From the NCBI GenBank assembly GCA_900547955.1, contig URIR01000001.1, forward strand, positions 6,146 to 70,145: a DNA stretch of 64,000 bases, written 5' to 3'. The notes under the pieces were generated by a model, which saw nothing but the letters and a program-made list of their open reading frames with translations, was not told the DNA's origin and made no database searches. Origin of the DNA: an uncultured Eubacteriales bacterium (GTDB lineage Bacteria; Bacillota; Clostridia; Christensenellales; QALW01). Below, in pieces: positions 58,103 through 64,000 of the stretch. The position numbers were made by a program, and so were the translations under genes. Numbering within the stretch: position 1 is the first letter of the stretch; each line of letters begins with the position of its first letter.

Positions 58103-58636
58103 ATGAGCGAAGGAACGGTAAACGAACCCAAATGGTATGTAATTCATACCTATTCGGGCTATGAAAATAAAGTCATGACCAGCCTGCAGAACATGGTGGA
58201 AAACATGCAGCTTCAGGATTATATAGTGGATGTTAAAATTCCGGTGGAAGAGGTCATGGAAATAAAGAATGACAGGAAGAAGCTTGTGGAACGCAAGCTT
58301 TATCCCGGCTATGTCATGATTAAAATGATTATGAATCAGCATACCTGGTATGCCGTCAGAAATACTCGCGGCGTAACGGGCTTTGTAGGGCCGGGTTCCA
58401 AGCAGCCCATTCCTTTGAGCGACGAGGAAGTGCGCAGGATGGGCGTTGAAAATGTGTCCATTAAGCTGGATATCAATAAAGGGGATTATGTCCGCATTGT
58501 GTCCGGCCCGCTGGACGGCTTTCCCGGAGTGGTGGAAGAAATTGACCCGGCTAAGCAGAAGCTTAAGGTTATTGTTTCCATGTTCGGCCGGGATACGCCT
58601 GTAGAAGTGGATTTTGTGCAGGTTCAGGTATTGTAG
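58103..58636 (+). CDS. nusG: Transcription termination/antitermination factor NusG
   Basis: KWYVIHTYSGYENKV and a KOW motif (GDYVRIVSGPLDGFPGVVEEI). Confidence 0.95.
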   Translation: MSEGTVNEPKWYVIHTYSGYENKVMTSLQNMVENMQLQDYIVDVKIPVEEVMEIKNDRKKLVERKLYPGYVMIKMIMNQHTWYAVRNTRGVTGFVGPGSKQPIPLSDEEVRRMGVENVSIKLDINKGDYVRIVSGPLDGFPGVVEEIDPAKQKLKVIVSMFGRDTPVEVDFVQVQVL

Positions 58637-58735
58637 GCTGCAAGCGCGGCCTGTGATATATATGCGTCATTATGGCGCGGTGGGAGGACTTTTGTTCGCT
58701 ATCACCACATTATATAACGAGGAGGTGTTTTAATT

Positions 58736-59161
58736 ATGGCTAAGAAGATAACAGGTATGGTTAAGCTGCAGATTGCAGCCGGTAAGGCTACTCCGGCGCC
58801 TCCTGTCGGTTCGGTGCTCGGCCCTCATGGTATAAACATCATGGGCTTCTGCAAGGAATTTAATGAGCGTACCGCTAAACAGGCTGGTATGATTATTCCT
58901 GTAGTTATCACCATTTATCAGGATCGTTCCTTTTCCTTTATTACCAAAACTCCGCCTGCTGCCGTGCTGATTAAAAAGGCATGCGGGATTGAGAGCGGTT
59001 CGGGAGCGCCTAATAAGACTAAGGTTGCCAAGATAACCAAGGCGCAGCTTAAGGAGATTGCCGAGCTGAAAATGCCCGACCTTAACGCTGTGGATTTGGA
59101 CGGCGCTATGAGCATGGTAGCTGGAACTGCCCGCAGCATGGGCGTTACAGTTGAGGACTAG
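58736..59161 (+). CDS. rplK: 50S ribosomal protein L11
   Basis: [25 protein letters not shown]. Confidence 0.97.
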   Translation: MAKKITGMVKLQIAAGKATPAPPVGSVLGPHGINIMGFCKEFNERTAKQAGMIIPVVITIYQDRSFSFITKTPPAAVLIKKACGIESGSGAPNKTKVAKITKAQLKEIAELKMPDLNAVDLDGAMSMVAGTARSMGVTVED

Positions 59162-59218
59162 CTTTAATTAAGTGGGAGGGGCAATAAAATTTGCACCGTT
59201 ACAACCACGAGGAGGAAA

Positions 59219-59911
59219 ATGATGAAACACGGAAAAAAATATTTGGAAAGCCTTAAATTAGTGGACGCTCAAAAGCTCTATGATACGGAGGAGGCCATAG
59301 AACTGGTGCTTCAGACTGCTAAGGCCAAATTTGATGAGACCGTTGAGCTTTCCATTAAGCTGGGCGTTGACCCCCGCCATGCGGATCAGCAGGTTCGCGG
59401 CGTAGTAGTGCTGCCTAACGGCACGGGCAAAAAGGTGCGTATTCTGGCTATAGCTAAGGGCGAACGCGCGGCTGAGGCTGAAGCGGCGGGCGCTGATTAT
59501 GTAGGCGCTGAGGAAATGGTAGCCAAGATTCAGAATGAAAACTGGTTTGATTACGACGTAATCGTTACCACTCCTGATATGATGGGCCTTGTAGGCCGTT
59601 TGGGTAAGGTGCTGGGACCTAAGGGTTTAATGCCTAACCCCAAGAGCGGTACTGTTGCTGCGGATCTTTCCCGCGCTATTAATGAAATTAAAGCAGGTAA
59701 GGTTGAATACCGCGTAGATAAAACCGCTATAGTGCATGTGCCTATCGGCAAGGCCAGCTTTGGCAAGGATAAGCTTGTAGAGAACCTGAATGTGCTGATG
59801 GAAGCTATTATTAAAGCTAAGCCGTCTGTTTCCAAGGGAACTTATCTTAAGAGCGTGGCTCTTTCCACTACTATGGGTCCTGGAATCCGACTTAATGCGG
59901 CTAAATTTTAA
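59219..59911 (+). CDS. rplA: 50S ribosomal protein L1
   Basis: Full-length L1 pattern ([24 protein letters not shown]). Confidence 0.97.
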   Translation: MMKHGKKYLESLKLVDAQKLYDTEEAIELVLQTAKAKFDETVELSIKLGVDPRHADQQVRGVVVLPNGTGKKVRILAIAKGERAAEAEAAGADYVGAEEMVAKIQNENWFDYDVIVTTPDMMGLVGRLGKVLGPKGLMPNPKSGTVAADLSRAINEIKAGKVEYRVDKTAIVHVPIGKASFGKDKLVENLNVLMEAIIKAKPSVSKGTYLKSVALSTTMGPGIRLNAAKF

Positions 59912-59976
59912 GCTTGGGGGAATATAGGCAGTTTTGTATACTGCTTACCGCCCTGTAAAATATTACGTTTTTATTG

Positions 59977-60008
59977 ACGGCTCGGTTTTATCCGAGTCGT
60001 TTTTTTAT
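59977..60008 (+). terminator. Rho-independent terminator after rplA
   Basis: ACGGCTCGG-ttttat-CCGAGTCGT followed by TTTTTTTATT. Confidence 0.75.
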
Positions 60009-60310
60009 TGTTTAGCATTATTGAGCAGGATGTGATGCGGTTTTAGAAAAGTGCATTTGTTTTTTTGATGTGCTGCTTTTGCCTGGAAGTCAATATTTTA
60101 AGGCTGTAGACGCATTATTAGTTATACATTCTCGCTTTTTGTTTTAATGCAGGCTGCCGTTAAAAACCTCTATGAGATTTTTGACGATGTTTACCGTATA
60201 TTTAAGAGTTAATTTGCATTTTATACCTGAATTGTATTGTTCCATTATATATTGTTAATAATATATTTCATAATTGCGCCTACCCCAAAAAATCCTACGG
60301 GAGTGTAAGT

Positions 60311-63300
60311 ATGGAATATATTTTGTTGACAGTTTTAATGCTAGCGATAATTTGGATAATTGTATATGAGGCTAAAAAGAAGCGTACATACGCTTCTTTA
60401 AAGGCAGGCGGTCCGTTGAAGGCGATAGAATCGCCTGATTTAAGCGTCGCCGGGATTAAAAAGGTTAAAAAAGCGCTGCCTAATCCAGCCTTAATGCAGA
60501 CCGCTTTGGAAGAGGCCGTCGCCAGACTGGAGAGCTTGGCGCCCGGAGAATTTGAATTAGGGCTGAAATGGCTTGCGGACAATAAAAACCGTCTTTTCAG
60601 CGAGGCGGAGCAAGTATGCGCTCAACAAGCCAATCTTTCTATGAAGCTTCCTGTAAATAAACGAGGTAATCTTAGGGTATACGAGGCGGCTGGTTATTTT
60701 ATAATTAAAAACGGCGGCAACTTCAGTCAGGAAGATTTAATCGCATATATTAAGCAGTTGAATTCATGCGAAGAGATGCAGCTTGAGGAGGGGTTTTTAC
60801 TGCCGTTTTGCCTTAAGCTATGTATTTTGGAGTATATTACGCAGGCGGCTTTAAATATGCTGGAGTCTGCCGGAAATTATGAGCGGCTGGAGCGTCTGGC
60901 AAAGGAAAAGCGCAGCGACGCTCTCTTGCGCGAGCTTAATCAGGACAGCACAGGGGAGAGCTTTTATAATCTTATGCTTATTCTCTCCCGGCAGGAACAG
61001 GATAGCGAGCTTGAAGTGCTGTGCGGGCGCGCCCTAAGCCGGCGCGGATTGGATAGGGAATCCCTGCTGGAGGAAACGCGTTTGGCTCATTCCAGGCTTT
61101 CGGCGGCTGTAGCCGCCTCGGTTAAGCGGCTTATAACTATAGGAGATATAGAGAGCGAAACGGTAGTGGAGGAAACGTTCGGCGCTGAGCGTATGCTGCT
61201 TGAGGAGAAGTCGGGAACATACGCGAGCTCTAACAAAGCTACCCGAAGCGCATGCCGCGTAGCTTTAGCGCGCATGAGCAGACGGTACGGCGCTGACGAA
61301 ATGGAAATTCTTCGTACAGCCTATCGGCTGTCTGAAGAGGATAATCCCTATGGAGGAATATGCGCTTATCTTATAGGGGGCGAAAGGCAAAAGCTTATAG
61401 ACCGGCTTTTTGAGGAAGGCAAGATAAAAAGCCGTAAAACCTATCTTTCCAAAAAAAGCATGGGGATATATTATTTCTGCGCTTTGGGGCTTATAACGTT
61501 TTTAATGCTGACGCCTTTGGTTATATATGCTGCTGGCGCGGCGGATTCCCTTAAATGGCTTTATGGGCTGATAACCGCTGTTGTGGGCCTTGCGCCTGCG
61601 TATATTATGACGGAAATACTGCTTAACAGCATGATAAATATATTTGTTAAGCCTGTGGTAGTGCCCGGCCTAAAGGAGGAGCTGTGCGATTCGGCCCAGT
61701 ATCGCACAGCCGTGGTTATTCCTGCGCTTTTAAGCAGTCAAAAGCGCGCGGGCGAAGTGTGCGCGCTGCTTGAAAGGCATTATCTCTCCAATAGATGCGA
61801 AAACGCCGTTTATGTGCTTTTGGGCGACTATAAGGACGGAGATAACCCTCTGGAGGAGCAGGACGCAGGAATTTATGCCGAGGCGTCACGTCGAATAGAG
61901 GCGCTTAATAAAAAATATCCGCATGCGCAGTTTATATATTTGCACCGTGAACGCAAATATGTCGATAGGGATAAGAAATATATGGGTTATGAGCGAAAAA
62001 GGGGCGCGCTCATGCAGCTTATAAAAGTATGCTCTGACGGGGAAAATAATGATTTTATGGGCGACGCAGGCCCGTTGGCCGGAGTAAAATATATTCTGAC
62101 TGTAGACGCGGATACGCGATTGGCGCCGGGCGCGGTGCTGAGCTTGATTTCGCGCGCTGCCCATCCGCTGAACAGGCCGGTATACAGCAAGGAAAAAAAG
62201 AGAATAATTCAAGGCTATGGCATTATACAGCCCGCTATGGGCACGACCATATCCTCGCTTAAAACATATTTTGCGCGTTTTTTCTCTCCTAAGGGGGGAT
62301 TGGACGCTTATTCGGGGCTGGTCAGCGACGTATATCAGGATATATTTAATTGCGCCAGCTTTGGCGGCAAGGGGATTATAGACGTTGGCGCGTTCCAGGA
62401 AGCCATAGGAGAGAGGATTCCTGAAAACACCGTGCTTAGTCATGATTTGCTTGAAGGCTCCTTTCTTCGCTGCGCTACGGCGGGAGACGTAAAATTTTTC
62501 GATAGCTTTCCAGGCGAACCTTTGGCATATTATAAGCGGGCGCATCGCTGGACCCGCGGGGATTGGCAGCTTGCGCGCTGGGTGTTTAAAAACGAGCTTT
62601 CTCCCTTAGCCAGGTTTAAAATATTTGCCAATATGTTTAGAACGCTGTTTCCGGGCTCGGTTTTGATGCTTCTTCTGCTGTCGGTATCAATTCTGCCTGG
62701 AAATATGCTGGTATATTTTGCTTTTGCATTGCAGGCGGTATTTTATCCGCTTGGGCTGGAGGTGTTTTCTAAGGCGGTAGGAGTATATAGGGCTATCAAG
62801 CGCAAATATACCCTGCGGGACGCGCTGCCCGATATATGGGCTGTCATAGTAAGGCTGGCTCTCAGCTTTATATTTCTGCCTTATGAAGCGTATGTATATG
62901 CGGACGCTAAGCTGCGCGCGCTGTACCGTATGCTTATAAGCAGGAAGAGGCTGCTTGAATGGGTGACGGCGGCGGACAGCGAAAAGGGGCGGGCTACGGG
63001 CAACGCTTATGCGGCGGTTATGTGGCCGTGCGCTGTTTTTGGAGCGGTATATTTTCTTGTGGCCGCCGCTTTTGGAAGATATCTGCTCCTGCCGCTGATT
63101 CTTGGTTTGGCCTGGGCCTTTGCTCCTTATATAGCTTACAGGCTGTCCTTCAGCGCGGAATTAAAGACGGACAGGCTGCTGCCTGAACAGCTCTATGCGC
63201 TGCGCATGCTGGCCGCCCGTACCTTTAGATATTTTTATGAGGGTATGAATAAGGATACGCATTATCTGCCTCCGGATAATTTCCAGCAGCGGCCCTTTAT

Positions 63301-64000
63301 CGGCTTTGCTGACAGAACCAGCGCTACAAATATAGGATTCGGAGCGCTTGCCCCGCTTTGCGCGGCGTATATGCGTCTTATGTCCCCTTCGGCGGCTTTA
63401 AAGCTGCTGGATAATACTCTTTTGACAATTGAGAGTTTGGAAAAATGGAATGGGAATTTATATAATTGGTATAAAATATCTGATTTAAGCCCTATGGAGC
63501 CTAAATATATTTCCAGCGTGGACAGCGGCAATTTTCTTTGCTGTCTTTTGGCCTGCCGTGGTATGCTCTCGGGGTTATTCAGGCATTCTGTTATGGACGG
63601 GCGCCTGAAGGAGGGCCTGCGTACTCTTTTAATGAGCATAGTGGATGAAAAGCGTATGGATAAGGAGCTGTATGAGCAAATAAGGCAGTATGACGGCGCG
63701 CTGGCGGCCGCTCAGAATATTTCCGCTTTGTGCGCCGTGCTCGGCCAAATAATAGGGGATAACAGCCTGGATTCGGTTAAAGGGATAAAGTTTGTCCGGG
63801 AGATGTATGCGGGCTTTAAGGAAAGCTATATGAATTTGGGCATAGAAGGGGCGTGCAGCGCCAGTCTGTATGAAATAAGCATTAATCCTGACGGTTATTT
63901 TGAAGACAGCGAGTTAAAAAGCGGCGCTTTAAACTATATAGCCTCGTTAAATACCGCCGCTTCGCAGCTTCAGAGCAGAATTGACCGTCTGCTGGAGAAC
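60311..64000 (+). CDS. Cyclic beta-1,2-glucan synthase-like multidomain glycosyltransferase (5' part, 1230 codons open to the window end)
   Basis: Absent from the ORF track because no stop is reached. My translation starts MEYILLTVLMLAIIW... and contains LTVDADTRLAPG, SHDLLEGSFLRCA and YYKRAHRWTRGDWQL plus several TM segments. These are hallmarks of NdvB/Cgs-type enzymes. Confidence 0.75.
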   Translation, partial: MEYILLTVLMLAIIWIIVYEAKKKRTYASLKAGGPLKAIESPDLSVAGIKKVKKALPNPALMQTALEEAVARLESLAPGEFELGLKWLADNKNRLFSEAEQVCAQQANLSMKLPVNKRGNLRVYEAAGYFIIKNGGNFSQEDLIAYIKQLNSCEEMQLEEGFLLPFCLKLCILEYITQAALNMLESAGNYERLERLAKEKRSDALLRELNQDSTGESFYNLMLILSRQEQDSELEVLCGRALSRRGLDRESLLEETRLAHSRLSAAVAASVKRLITIGDIESETVVEETFGAERMLLEEKSGTYASSNKATRSACRVALARMSRRYGADEMEILRTAYRLSEEDNPYGGICAYLIGGERQKLIDRLFEEGKIKSRKTYLSKKSMGIYYFCALGLITFLMLTPLVIYAAGAADSLKWLYGLITAVVGLAPAYIMTEILLNSMINIFVKPVVVPGLKEELCDSAQYRTAVVIPALLSSQKRAGEVCALLERHYLSNRCENAVYVLLGDYKDGDNPLEEQDAGIYAEASRRIEALNKKYPHAQFIYLHRERKYVDRDKKYMGYERKRGALMQLIKVCSDGENNDFMGDAGPLAGVKYILTVDADTRLAPGAVLSLISRAAHPLNRPVYSKEKKRIIQGYGIIQPAMGTTISSLKTYFARFFSPKGGLDAYSGLVSDVYQDIFNCASFGGKGIIDVGAFQEAIGERIPENTVLSHDLLEGSFLRCATAGDVKFFDSFPGEPLAYYKRAHRWTRGDWQLARWVFKNELSPLARFKIFANMFRTLFPGSVLMLLLLSVSILPGNMLVYFAFALQAVFYPLGLEVFSKAVGVYRAIKRKYTLRDALPDIWAVIVRLALSFIFLPYEAYVYADAKLRALYRMLISRKRLLEWVTAADSEKGRATGNAYAAVMWPCAVFGAVYFLVAAAFGRYLLLPLILGLAWAFAPYIAYRLSFSAELKTDRLLPEQLYALRMLAARTFRYFYEGMNKDTHYLPPDNFQQRPFIGFADRTSATNIGFGALAPLCAAYMRLMSPSAALKLLDNTLLTIESLEKWNGNLYNWYKISDLSPMEPKYISSVDSGNFLCCLLACRGMLSGLFRHSVMDGRLKEGLRTLLMSIVDEKRMDKELYEQIRQYDGALAAAQNISALCAVLGQIIGDNSLDSVKGIKFVREMYAGFKESYMNLGIEGACSASLYEISINPDGYFEDSELKSGALNYIASLNTAASQLQSRIDRLLEN

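Noticed and set aside
58637-59218. A GTGGGAGG motif upstream of both rplK and rplA, considered as an L1-binding autoregulatory leader mimic
   Set aside because: The motif partly overlaps the Shine-Dalgarno regions. I cannot verify the 23S rRNA L1-stalk mimic structure by eye; a covariance-model scan would be needed.

Overview
This window looks like a Clostridia-type Firmicutes chromosome. The core is about 50% GC and carries two accessory patches. No database searches were possible, so all family assignments rest on motifs read in the translations and on memory.

(1) Positions 1 to about 11,900 form a mosaic accessory island beside the 3' end of guaA.
- Its leftmost 10 kb is about 28-30% GC by eye.
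- It carries a minus-strand RiPP-like peptide maturation cassette: a B12-binding radical SAM enzyme, a subtilisin (S8) protease fused to a DUF1611-like domain, an ACP-like protein, an unannotated 30-aa Cys peptide, a PqqD-like protein, a radical SAM/SPASM enzyme and an ABC exporter.
- Next comes a DpnII-type (GATC) restriction-modification cassette: an HTH-fused Dam methylase, an unknown 178-aa gene, the endonuclease and a decayed second methylase.
- Gene fragments follow the cassette.

(2) The core includes:
- asnA-purA-purB-pyrG-guaA;
- an ABC/DUF1854/ABC exporter trio;
- fba, an M29 aminopeptidase, degV, aspartate kinase, a UvrA paralog and gdhA;
- a ROK regulator;
- cell-wall genes;
- an Amt-PII fusion;
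- rpmG-secE-nusG-rplK-rplA;
- the start of a cyclic beta-1,2-glucan synthase-like gene.

(3) Non-coding highlights:
- a tRNA-Leu(UAA) gene split by a 214-nt group I intron at the canonical U34/A35 site;
- a decayed conjugative-element remnant abutting that tRNA;
- four copies of a roughly 275-bp MITE-like repeat with terminal inverted repeats;
- two nested-palindrome elements with a cloverleaf topology.

I saw no rRNA genes and no CRISPR array.
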